DNA of 64,000 nucleotides from a virus: IMG/VR virus record IMGVR_UViG_3300047323_000673, positions 64,001 to 128,000 of that record; one strand, 5' to 3'. Shown piece by piece: positions 20,311 to 29,012 of this stretch (position 1 is its first letter; each line of letters starts with the position of its first letter). The notes under the pieces were generated by a model. It saw only the letters and a program-made list of their open reading frames with translations, ran no database searches and was not told where the DNA came from. The position numbers and the translations under genes were made by a program.

Positions 20311-21084
20311 TTAAACCTTAGTCTTTTTAGACATATATTGATTTTGAGGTAATTTATTATTTAAATTTTCATTTAAATCTCTTAACTCAAACATTTGAAT
20401 AGCCGTTTGATAAGTATCGTCATTTGGATCTGTGAATACTTCATTTTTTTTAATTTTATATTCAAAGATAAAAAATTGTAATGCTTTAATATGTTCGTAC
20501 TGACATGCACGAAGAAAACCTGTATGTGGATTTACATAATCTACCAATAGAGGTTCAGTAAATATATATTTAATTATATTACCTTCATGATTATTTTCAT
20601 AAGCATAATTATATATCCCTAGGCTTTCAAAAAACCATGTATTATTTTTTCTAGTTTGATTAAAATTTAATAATAATTTAAAAAGATTAGCATTATCATT
20701 TTGGGCTGAAAATTTAAGTCCCCAATTGACTACCGAAAGAAATTTTCTAGAACGATTTGCTTGTAATTTAGGTCTATTCATTAAATGAGTAATGATATGA
20801 TAGTTCTTTTCATCATTAGACTTTATTAGTCTTTCAAAAGCATAATTTAAAACATTATTGTCTTCTTTAGAGTGCCTAGTGAGATCAATAAGTGCTTCAA
20901 CCATATCTAAACTACCAGATAAACATGCTTTTGTAAAAATTTGTTCAGCACTATAATAATTTTTGTGATATGAAGAATTAAAATCAATTAATTTTACAAG
21001 AGATTTAGTTTTGTCAATATTATTAGTATCACAAGCTTGTAGTGCTTGCTCTAAAAGTTCGTTTTGTATTTGTCCTTGATCCAT
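20311..21084 (-). CDS. divergent ankyrin-repeat protein, tagged
   Basis: paralogue of neighbours; ends SKKTKV. Confidence 0.8.
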   Translation of the reverse strand: MDQGQIQNELLEQALQACDTNNIDKTKSLVKLIDFNSSYHKNYYSAEQIFTKACLSGSLDMVEALIDLTRHSKEDNNVLNYAFERLIKSNDEKNYHIITHLMNRPKLQANRSRKFLSVVNWGLKFSAQNDNANLFKLLLNFNQTRKNNTWFFESLGIYNYAYENNHEGNIIKYIFTEPLLVDYVNPHTGFLRACQYEHIKALQFFIFEYKIKKNEVFTDPNDDTYQTAIQMFELRDLNENLNNKLPQNQYMSKKTKV

Positions 21085-21089
21085 AATAT

Positions 21090-21875
21090 TTAAATTTTCA
21101 ATTTTTTAGATATTTCGCTATTGTGATTTAATTCCGTGTTTAATTGTTCACTTAATTCTCTTTTTTCAATCATTGAAATTAAGTGTTTATTTCCACTTTT
21201 TTTAAGATAAGAAGATACTTCTTCAGTTAGTTTAATCCTATAATCAAATATTATAAATTGGATAACATCTTTGTTCTCTGCTCTACATGCTTCGATTAGA
21301 CCTAATAATGGATTTAAAATATTTTTAAAATTTGGTTCACTATAAAGGTATTTCATCACTTCACTATTTCCTGTTTTACAAGCTTCTTTAAATAGTTTTG
21401 AAGTTGTAAAAACCCATTTATTTCTTTTTTCTGGTTCATGAGTATTAAGTAAAGCTTTCACAAGAGGTAAATTATCATTTATAGCTGCATAATGTATTTG
21501 TAAATTAAGATTTCCATAAAATTCAGATACAACTCCAGGTGGTGAACGCTTTACTTCTAATTTCGGTTCATTTACAAGATAAGAAATAACAGGATAATAT
21601 TGTGATTTTTTGATATCGACTAAATCTTCAAATATTGATTTAATAAAGGAATTTTTTGCATCTCCATCGGTAAGATATATAAGTTCATCAACAATATTTA
21701 AATGACCAGAAAAACAAGCTTGTTTATAAATATTTTTAGCAGTTTCACGATGTTGAGGTAAAGAAAAATCAATGTTAATCTTAGCCATAAGTGATTTAAT
21801 TTTTGCTAAATCGCCAGTGTTACAAGCATTTAAAACTTGTTTTATTAATTTTTTTTGATCATTATTTTCTATCAT
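21090..21875 (-). CDS. divergent ankyrin-repeat protein, tagged
   Basis: paralogue of neighbours; ends SKKLKI. Confidence 0.8.
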   Translation of the reverse strand: MIENNDQKKLIKQVLNACNTGDLAKIKSLMAKINIDFSLPQHRETAKNIYKQACFSGHLNIVDELIYLTDGDAKNSFIKSIFEDLVDIKKSQYYPVISYLVNEPKLEVKRSPPGVVSEFYGNLNLQIHYAAINDNLPLVKALLNTHEPEKRNKWVFTTSKLFKEACKTGNSEVMKYLYSEPNFKNILNPLLGLIEACRAENKDVIQFIIFDYRIKLTEEVSSYLKKSGNKHLISMIEKRELSEQLNTELNHNSEISKKLKI

Positions 21876-21931
21876 ATTATACTTTTGCTAACACTTATTT
21901 AATAATAATATAATTGATATAGTAAAGCAAT

Positions 21932-21956
21932 AAAAAAGCCCCTGATTGGGGCTTTT
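21932..21956 (-). terminator. intrinsic terminator after argS
   Basis: AAAAAAGCCCC-TGATT-GGGGCTTTT. Confidence 0.8.
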
Positions 21957-21958
21957 AT

Positions 21959-23629
21959 TTAGTTCTTCAACTTAGTTTGCTTAGGTATATTAAGTAGTTT
22001 TTGTTTACAAGCATAATAATCAATACCTAAAATATCAATATTATCTTTCAATGAATGATAAGTATAATTTAATAAATTTAGTTTTTTATCTTGCTCTTGA
22101 CTACCAATAACCATTTCACTTTCATAATATTTGTGAAATAATTGACAGAGATTAACAATATTTTCACATAAAGTTTGGCTTGGATAGTCCAAAACAGAAT
22201 CTTGAATAATTTCGAAACATTTTTGAGCTTGGAAAATTATTTCTTTTTCAGCTTTATTCCAATTGTTGGACCAATTAAATTGTGTTTTATCCTCTACATC
22301 TAAACCTAATTTATAAAAAATAGAATCAATACGGGTCATTGCATTTTGAATGTATGGAGCAGATCCTCCAGAAAAGTTCAGAACAAATTGCCAATCAAAG
22401 ATATAATCTTGATTCTTATTAAACTTTAAGTCATAAAATTTCATACCTCCAACGATGCTTTTATCTAAAATTTCAGGTTTTAACTCTTCTTCTAAATTTT
22501 GGAAATATTCAGAATTAGATAGAATTGCCTTACCTTCGGTAAAAAGGTCTTCTAAATATAAAGTAGCACCTGATTTAGTTTTCAGAGGCTTTTTATTTTT
22601 ATCTAGAATAGTGCCAAACCCAACATGCTGAAGAATGACATCTTCCTTGATATAACCTGCTTTTTTAGCAACATCAAACACTTGTTCAAAGTGCAGAGCT
22701 TGACGCTTATCCACAACATAAACAATTTTGTCAGGATTAATATTTTCTTGCCGCCACTTCAAAGCAGCTAAATCATATAAAGCATAAAGAAAGTTACCAT
22801 TAGATTTTTGAATAACTAATGGGCTTTTTTTGTCAAAGAAAATAACGACTGAACTATCTTCTGATTTTTGAGCAATACCTTTGTTGAGTAAATCTTCAAG
22901 AACATCTTTGCAAAATGGTGCATAGAAACTTTCACCTTGTGTGTCTTCCAAAGTCATTTTAATACCTAGTTCCTGAAAAGTTTTTTCAGCATCAAGCATA
23001 CTTATATTGACACATTTTTTCCAAAGGTCATGAAGATTTTTATCTAAATTATTTTGAAGTTTATAAGCAACTTGCTCTGACTCTTTACTAAACTCTTCAT
23101 TTTCACTATTAAGTGCATTAGCAAGCTTATAGTATTCAGTCAATTTTTCATTAGTTAAAGTATTCTCCAAGTTATTTTTTTGGATATAGTGCAAAAGATA
23201 ACCAAATTGGTTGCCCCAGTCACCAATATGGTTCATTTTGATAACAGTATCACCATTCTTTTGATGTAAACGAGTGATATAGTCTCCAATAAACATAGAA
23301 CGAATGTGACCAATGTGCATTTTCTTGGCAACATTGACTCCACAATAGTCAACCAAGACTTTTAATGGTTCTTTTTTATCTACTTGAACATCTACTAATT
23401 TGAACTTAACAGATATAAATCCTTTTCCTGTAATGCTTACACTTTCATAATGAGGCTGCAATAGCAAATAGTTAGCTAAATCTTGAGAATCAATATCTTT
23501 ATTTCCAATAGCAATTGGAGTTTGATATTGATAGTCTTCAAAGTCTGAATAAGAAACATTAATTTTCTTGTCTAATCCTTTAATTTTTAGGTAAGACTGT
23601 AAATCTTGGGCAAATAAATTTTTATACAT
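21959..23629 (-). CDS. argS: arginine--tRNA ligase (class I)
   Basis: VDYCGVNVAKKMHIGHIRSMFIGD (HIGH motif), NHIGDWGNQFG, KSNGNFLYALYDLAA, YVVDKRQALHF, KTKSG, GSAPYIQ; AAGGA SD. Confidence 0.95.
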   Translation of the reverse strand: MYKNLFAQDLQSYLKIKGLDKKINVSYSDFEDYQYQTPIAIGNKDIDSQDLANYLLLQPHYESVSITGKGFISVKFKLVDVQVDKKEPLKVLVDYCGVNVAKKMHIGHIRSMFIGDYITRLHQKNGDTVIKMNHIGDWGNQFGYLLHYIQKNNLENTLTNEKLTEYYKLANALNSENEEFSKESEQVAYKLQNNLDKNLHDLWKKCVNISMLDAEKTFQELGIKMTLEDTQGESFYAPFCKDVLEDLLNKGIAQKSEDSSVVIFFDKKSPLVIQKSNGNFLYALYDLAALKWRQENINPDKIVYVVDKRQALHFEQVFDVAKKAGYIKEDVILQHVGFGTILDKNKKPLKTKSGATLYLEDLFTEGKAILSNSEYFQNLEEELKPEILDKSIVGGMKFYDLKFNKNQDYIFDWQFVLNFSGGSAPYIQNAMTRIDSIFYKLGLDVEDKTQFNWSNNWNKAEKEIIFQAQKCFEIIQDSVLDYPSQTLCENIVNLCQLFHKYYESEMVIGSQEQDKKLNLLNYTYHSLKDNIDILGIDYYACKQKLLNIPKQTKLKN

Positions 23630-23670
23630 AGTATTCCTTAAATATTGTGGGTAATCGTAAAATCGTGTAA

Positions 23671-23697
23671 AAACAAAAAAGCTCCATAAGGAGCCTT
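23671..23697 (-). terminator. intrinsic terminator in argS leader (candidate attenuator)
   Basis: minus-strand AAGGCTCC-UUAU-GGAGCUUU followed by UUUUGUUUUU, about 40 nt upstream of argS ATG. Confidence 0.8.
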
Positions 23698-23725
23698 AAA
23701 GTATGAAAGTAGGATTAACCTAACT

Positions 23726-23833
23726 TTATGACGGTTTAACTTTGATTGAGCAAAGACTACCATCTACTTTTTCTCCTTGAGCGTAAATAGATGTGTGTCG
23801 CCTGCGGATAACAATATTTGCAAAATTTTTCAT
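23726..23833 (-). CDS. candidate argS leader peptide MKNFANIVIRRRHTSIYAQGEKVDGSLCSIKVKPS
   Basis: hand-translated 35-codon ORF absent from the ORF track; CGC-AGG-CGA at codons 10-12 (23806-23798); no SD, AU-rich 5' region. Confidence 0.65.
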   Translation of the reverse strand: MKNFANIVIRRRHTSIYAQGEKVDGSLCSIKVKPS

Positions 23834-23933
23834 AAAATAAATTAATTGTATTTCAATAAAGTATATAAGTATCTTACTCTCAATTTAAGAAAAAAGAAAG
23901 AGTTTTAAGAAAATATTAATAAATGAATAGTTG

Positions 23934-23962
23934 TTGCAGAAATTTTTGTTTAATGATAAAGT
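23934..23962 (+). promoter_or_regulatory. sigma70-like promoter
   Basis: TTGCAG-17 nt-TAAAGT with TGn extension. Confidence 0.5.
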
Positions 23963-23987
23963 TACAAATTAATAATAGGAAATATCT

Positions 23988-24242
23988 ATGAAAATTAATG
24001 TTTTTACAATTAGATCAAAAGCAGATAATAGTTTAATCCATGCAGAGGGAGTTCCTCATAACGAGTGCTACCCTCATTTTGATTTAGATAAAAAATGGTT
24101 GACACAAGATGATTTAACAAAAAGAAACAGAGCATGGAGAAAATGGAATAATACTTATAGCTTTGATGAGGAACTGAGACATTTATTCAATTATGAATAT
24201 GATCTAGTTAAATTTTCATTAGAAGAAATTGATTATAAATAA
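23988..24242 (+). CDS. hypothetical protein, untagged
   Basis: 84 aa, AGGA SD. Confidence 0.65.
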   Translation: MKINVFTIRSKADNSLIHAEGVPHNECYPHFDLDKKWLTQDDLTKRNRAWRKWNNTYSFDEELRHLFNYEYDLVKFSLEEIDYK

Positions 24243-24262
24243 ATTTTAAATAGGAAAAATAC

Positions 24263-24508
24263 ATGGAAATTCAATATGGTGAAGGTAAAACAAAATTTGG
24301 ACCAGGTGTAAGTATCGAACTGACTGGTGATGAAGTTGCAACAGCAATTAGTGCATGGCTTGTAGCACATGGTGTTCACTATTCTGGCCCTCGCACAATA
24401 ACCGTAAATGGTGAACTTTGCCAAAAAGGTCATATTTATGTTGATCCAAGTGGTTTTGTAATTGCAGATGGTGAAAAATTTGATGGTCGTGGTCCTGATA
24501 AGAATTAA
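24263..24508 (+). CDS. phage/plasmid-type hypothetical protein, untagged
   Basis: 81 aa, AGGA SD; YGEGKTKFGPGVSIELTGDEVATAI...GPRTITVNGELC, Gly-rich and higher GC than flanks. Confidence 0.7.
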   Translation: MEIQYGEGKTKFGPGVSIELTGDEVATAISAWLVAHGVHYSGPRTITVNGELCQKGHIYVDPSGFVIADGEKFDGRGPDKN

Positions 24509-24584
24509 AATTTCTTATTTTTTAAAATCATTTTTGTATTAAAATATTGTTAGGAATTAATGAATAAAATTTTTAAAAAATCCC

Positions 24585-24613
24585 TTGCAATAAAATTAGG
24601 TCTGATGTACACT
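24585..24613 (+). promoter_or_regulatory. sigma70-like promoter
   Basis: TTGCAA-17 nt-TACACT. Confidence 0.5.
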
Positions 24614-24806
24614 GTGTTCATCAAATGTGAAAACAAATTTAAGGAAAAACATCATGAAATAGATTTTTACTAATTATGCAGCACAAGCTCCTTAGTGAGT
24701 CTTTTTATTCTTTTTGTAAGAATTTATACATATTTAAATTGTTGAATTGTATAAATTAAACCAATTAGCAGTAAAAAATGACTTTCACTTATATAGGAGT
24801 ATTACC

Positions 24807-25268
24807 ATGAATAACGCAATTAATAACACCATCCTTTTCACTCCGTCAAACGAGCAACTTATCGCATTAGCTAAAGAGCATCCAGAACTCAATACTGAAA
24901 TCAAACAGCAATTATTGGATGAACTTAAAACTAAATGTATCAAATATATTAGCAATCGAGTTCATACTCGTGCTACTTCAACTTATGAAGCATTGCTTCA
25001 AAATGTTGAGAAGAAACTATTTAAGCCAGGTTCAAATAGTTACTATAACCGCACTTATAATTTTGAAGATAGTGTGGAAAAATCTATCACTAGTGCTATT
25101 GAGAAGCAATTTGCTGACAGGCTTGAGGCTGAATTTAATGAATATCTTACTTCAGATGAATTTAAGAATACATTAAAAGCTGAACTTAAGAAGCGTGTTT
25201 TAAATGCTGTTGTTAAAGCATTAGATACTGAAATTGTTAATCAAGCAAATGCATTTATCAAAGCCTAA
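24807..25268 (+). CDS. helical hypothetical protein, untagged
   Basis: start moved to ATG 24807 behind AGGAG SD (track starts at TTG 24747). Confidence 0.7.
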   Translation: MNNAINNTILFTPSNEQLIALAKEHPELNTEIKQQLLDELKTKCIKYISNRVHTRATSTYEALLQNVEKKLFKPGSNSYYNRTYNFEDSVEKSITSAIEKQFADRLEAEFNEYLTSDEFKNTLKAELKKRVLNAVVKALDTEIVNQANAFIKA

Positions 25269-25278
25269 GGAGAAGATC

Positions 25279-25707
25279 ATGGAAAAACAATTTAGTATTA
25301 CTTTTGACTTATCTAAAATGCAGGTTCTCATTCCATCAGGCCGTTTGATGAACTTGAAGCATGAACTTAATTGGGATGATATTGATTGCAGCAGTGAAGA
25401 GATTAAACAATTAACTCAGCATGTTGCCAATCATGATTTCCAAGTTAATATGGACTTCAGTAAAAAATCAGAAGATTATGTCAATTCAATTATGAATGGC
25501 AAGTATCATCAAGAGACTCGTAAGCATAGTTATATTGAAAGAGGTATTACTCATGTCATGAATCCTAAGACTTTTACTAAAGCTACAGATGATTTAACTG
25601 ATGAATTTAAAGAGCAATTGGCAGGACTATTTGAAGAAATAAAGGAAAATGAGCTAGTAAAGAAAAAAATGCTCAAGCTTTCCCAGTTGCAGTTTATGAA
25701 TAATTAA
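25279..25707 (+). CDS. hypothetical protein, untagged
   Basis: start moved to ATG 25279 behind AAGGAG SD. Confidence 0.7.
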   Translation: MEKQFSITFDLSKMQVLIPSGRLMNLKHELNWDDIDCSSEEIKQLTQHVANHDFQVNMDFSKKSEDYVNSIMNGKYHQETRKHSYIERGITHVMNPKTFTKATDDLTDEFKEQLAGLFEEIKENELVKKKMLKLSQLQFMNN

Positions 25708-25747
25708 TTTTTAAATAATATTTACAAAGGAAATAATTATGACCTAG

Positions 25748-26080
25748 ATGTTTTGTGATTCCAAAACAGGAAAGTGTAAAGATACTGAGAAAATTTGGGG
25801 TATTGTTGGTAAAGGAACGAATAAACTTTATCGATTGACCTTTTCTCGTGGATTAGCAGAGTTTATTTGTAATAAATATCCTGGATATGAGTGTCGCCAA
25901 TTTTCATTTAAAATTGGAAGAACACTTGAGAAAGGTGAAACTAGCAGGTCAGGTCTATATGCATTAATGTCCAAGAAGGGTAATTATGCTTTAAGAATTA
26001 GCTTAATTAAAGGGATCTCTGAACTTCATTGTGATGATGATACCCGATATCTAGCTGAAGCTTGGCTAACAACAGAGTAA
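25748..26080 (+). CDS. hypothetical protein with internal duplication, untagged
   Basis: 110 aa; LYRLTFSRGLAEF and YALRISLIKGISEL halves; preceded by in-frame ATG-ACC-TAG. Confidence 0.65.
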   Translation: MFCDSKTGKCKDTEKIWGIVGKGTNKLYRLTFSRGLAEFICNKYPGYECRQFSFKIGRTLEKGETSRSGLYALMSKKGNYALRISLIKGISELHCDDDTRYLAEAWLTTE

Positions 26081-26085
26081 AAAAT

Positions 26086-26111
26086 AAAAGCCTCCCGATG
26101 GAGGCTTTTTT
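26086..26111. terminator. bidirectional intrinsic terminator
   Basis: AAAAGCCTCC-CGAT-GGAGGCTTTTTT between convergent units. Confidence 0.85.
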
Positions 26112-26166
26112 ATTGATCAAATTTTTGATTTTTTATTTATCATTTTTTGGGATATTGTATACATAT

Positions 26167-26772
26167 TTATAATTTAAGTTTTTTAGATTGATTAGTTTCA
26201 TTGATTGTTAAATCTGATTTTAATTCTTCTGCTTGTTGAATAACTTTTAATTGTTCTGCTGAAAATTTAAGTAAATACTGAAATGTAGCATAAGGAAAAT
26301 GTTCATAAAGATGTTCAAATTCTGTAATTTGTTCTTCCCTTTTATCGCAACCATGCTCAAAATAATTTCTAACTTGAGTTTTAAATCCTTTTAAATCTTT
26401 AAGGGAATTAATACAATGTTTAAAAATTCCTACTGAATCAGGAGCATATTCTAATGTAGTAATATTATTTTCATGGAATAAAAATACACTACCAACTTCT
26501 CTAGGACAATATTCTAAAGATTGCAGAAGATTGTTACCACAATTAAATTTACCTGTAACCTTAATTGGAGAACCTTTTAATGATTGTAATTTACAATTCC
26601 AAACTTCGAAATTGCCATTAACGAATCCAAATTGAACTGGTAATTGAGATAATGGTTTACTATTAAGCTTAACATCACCATCAACATCTACAGTTAAATC
26701 ATTATTTATGGTATAGCTTGTAACCTTCATTTCATCTAACCATACTTTTATTTCCCATTTACTTTTAAACAT
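26167..26772 (-). CDS. LRR-like repeat protein, tagged
   Basis: paralogue of 18246..18854; ends SKKLKL. Confidence 0.75.
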   Translation of the reverse strand: MFKSKWEIKVWLDEMKVTSYTINNDLTVDVDGDVKLNSKPLSQLPVQFGFVNGNFEVWNCKLQSLKGSPIKVTGKFNCGNNLLQSLEYCPREVGSVFLFHENNITTLEYAPDSVGIFKHCINSLKDLKGFKTQVRNYFEHGCDKREEQITEFEHLYEHFPYATFQYLLKFSAEQLKVIQQAEELKSDLTINETNQSKKLKL

Positions 26773-26784
26773 ATTGAATTCCGA

Positions 26785-27555
26785 TTAAATTTTAGGTTTT
26801 TTATTAATATTATTGGCAGAATCTAATTCATCTGTTAAAGATTGATTAAGCTCTCTTAAAGTGAACCAATTTTCTACTTGTGGAAAGTCTCCACGACCAA
26901 ATTCTGCCAATTTATCTATTGTTTCTGAATTTCTAGATATGTTCATTTCAAAAATAAAATACTTTACGATATCAAAACTACGAGAGAAATAAGCTCGAGA
27001 AAATCCTTCATTAAAAGAACTAGGATTAGTTTTAATTTCACTAACATGTTCTGATTCCAAAAGGTATTTAATAATATTTAACTGATTATGATCACATGCA
27101 GTATAATATATTTGATGAATCAAAGTATCTTTTGGTGTACTAGTATCTAAAGTGGATTCATCTAGGAAATATTTAATAATATTTAAATGACCAGCTTCTG
27201 CTGCTTCAAGTATCCCACTTGAGATAAAGCCATTATTACTTGGTTGAATTTTATTTAAAATATGACCCATAAAGTCAATAACATTAATATGGTTTTTTTT
27301 AAATCCAATATTAAGACAAGATGTAATATCTATTGGATAACCTATGAATTGTTTTAGATGTTCTGATGAGAATAAAGCTTTAACTATTTCCACATGACCA
27401 TTATTGCATGCTTCCATTAACATTTTTATAGGTATTGGATGATTAATTTTTTTAATAACATTAGAGTCAATCACTTCTTGAATAAAAACTAAATCACCTA
27501 TTGTGCATGCGTTTAATAATTGTTTATTTAATTCTTTTATATTAATATTTTTCAT
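26785..27555 (-). CDS. divergent ankyrin-repeat protein, tagged
   Basis: ends NKKPKI. Confidence 0.8.
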   Translation of the reverse strand: MKNINIKELNKQLLNACTIGDLVFIQEVIDSNVIKKINHPIPIKMLMEACNNGHVEIVKALFSSEHLKQFIGYPIDITSCLNIGFKKNHINVIDFMGHILNKIQPSNNGFISSGILEAAEAGHLNIIKYFLDESTLDTSTPKDTLIHQIYYTACDHNQLNIIKYLLESEHVSEIKTNPSSFNEGFSRAYFSRSFDIVKYFIFEMNISRNSETIDKLAEFGRGDFPQVENWFTLRELNQSLTDELDSANNINKKPKI

Positions 27556-27556
27556 T

Positions 27557-28236
27557 TCACATCTTTATTTTTTTATTTGTTGATTGATTATGTTGTGTAT
27601 TATTTAAATGTTGATTTAGATTTTGATTTAAATCTCTTAAAGAAAATAATCTATCAACTTGGTTTTTAATAGGATTATGCTCTAACATTTCATCAAGATA
27701 TGTGCTTTAGGAATATTTAATTCAAATATGAGATACTGAATTAAGTCTAAATATGGTTTTTTAAAAGTTTTTGAGAATGCTTTATAGTCTTTATCTTTAA
27801 AAGAGTGATTTTCTAAATATTTTTCAGCTAAATGCTTGAATACATTTAGTTGACCATGTACACATGCTTGTTGAGTTAATAATAATAAGTATTGATGACT
27901 AATATTATCATTATTTTCATTAAGCTTAGCTTCAAAATATTGAATAGTATCTAAATGCCCTTTTTCAACAGCATAATGCATCCCTGAAATACAAGAATCT
28001 TTAAGTGATTTAGTTCTATTAAGAGTAGGGGTTTCTAAAATAAACTTTATTAAATCAGTATAACCATACATAGAGGCATGTTCAAAAAGAAAATCATGTG
28101 AGAAATTAATATCTGCATGATGTTTGAGATCAGGTGATGTTAATAGATATTTAACCAAGTCGAATTCTTTCGCATAAAAGAATGTTTTCATATCTTGGTT
28201 TATTTCATATATAGAAATTTGATTATAGTCTTTCAT
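27557..28236 (-). pseudogene. frameshifted divergent ankyrin-repeat gene
   Basis: frame 1 stops at 27682 (LNIPKAHILMKC); another frame from about 27700 reads YLDEML...LFSLRDLNQNLNQHL...NKKIKM-TGA ending at 27557. Confidence 0.8.
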
Positions 28237-29012
28237 AGTTTTGGCTTTTTTATAGACACATCTTCTTGATTTATTGGTAATTCTTTTTCTAATGAATTAC
28301 TAACATCTCTGATTTTAAACCAATTATTTACTTTTTCAAAATTAGAGTTAAGATTCAATTGTAAAATATTATTCATACTACTAGTTTTTACAATATTTAA
28401 TTCAAAAATAAAGTATTGTAAAATATCCATGTTACTATTATTAAATGCGGTTGCAAAAATATTATTTAAATTATTTTTTTCTGACAAATAATGAAATTCA
28501 TCTCTTTCTAAAGTGTATTTAAGGATTTCTAATTGATTATATATACAGCTAGTATTAATTACTTTTCCTATCAATTCATCTTTGTTTGTATTATTTTTTA
28601 TGGGGCAATCATCTAAAAAATATTTGACAAGCTCTATCTGTCCTTTTTCAACAGCATCCATCATTCCTGAAGAAATAAGACCATTATGATAAGCACCAAT
28701 AATATCTAGTTTAGGAATTAAAAATTTAACGACATCTGTATGGCCATATTGAAAAGCTATTTTCAAAACCTCTTTCAATATAATAGGATAATTAATATGT
28801 TTTTTAAGATGTGGTGATGAGAAAATATCTTCAACAATTTTTATATGCCCATAACCTGAAGCACATTTGAGCATTTTTCTTGGTGTAGCAGCAGTAATTT
28901 GCTTAACTAAATCTGAATCAATAACTGAAGTAACAAATTCAGTATCTCCAGTTTTACAAGCATTAATTATTTTTGTATAAAAGTCTTTTCTATTAGTATT
29001 ATTAAGTTTCAT
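28233..29012 (-). CDS. divergent ankyrin-repeat protein, tagged
   Basis: ends IKKPKL; ATGA overlap. Confidence 0.8.
   Translation of the reverse strand: MKLNNTNRKDFYTKIINACKTGDTEFVTSVIDSDLVKQITAATPRKMLKCASGYGHIKIVEDIFSSPHLKKHINYPIILKEVLKIAFQYGHTDVVKFLIPKLDIIGAYHNGLISSGMMDAVEKGQIELVKYFLDDCPIKNNTNKDELIGKVINTSCIYNQLEILKYTLERDEFHYLSEKNNLNNIFATAFNNSNMDILQYFIFELNIVKTSSMNNILQLNLNSNFEKVNNWFKIRDVSNSLEKELPINQEDVSIKKPKL

Noticed and set aside
23640-23840. T-box riboswitch upstream of argS
   Set aside because: No UGGNACC T-box sequence or recognisable Stem I motifs; the Arg-codon leader ORF explains the structure better.
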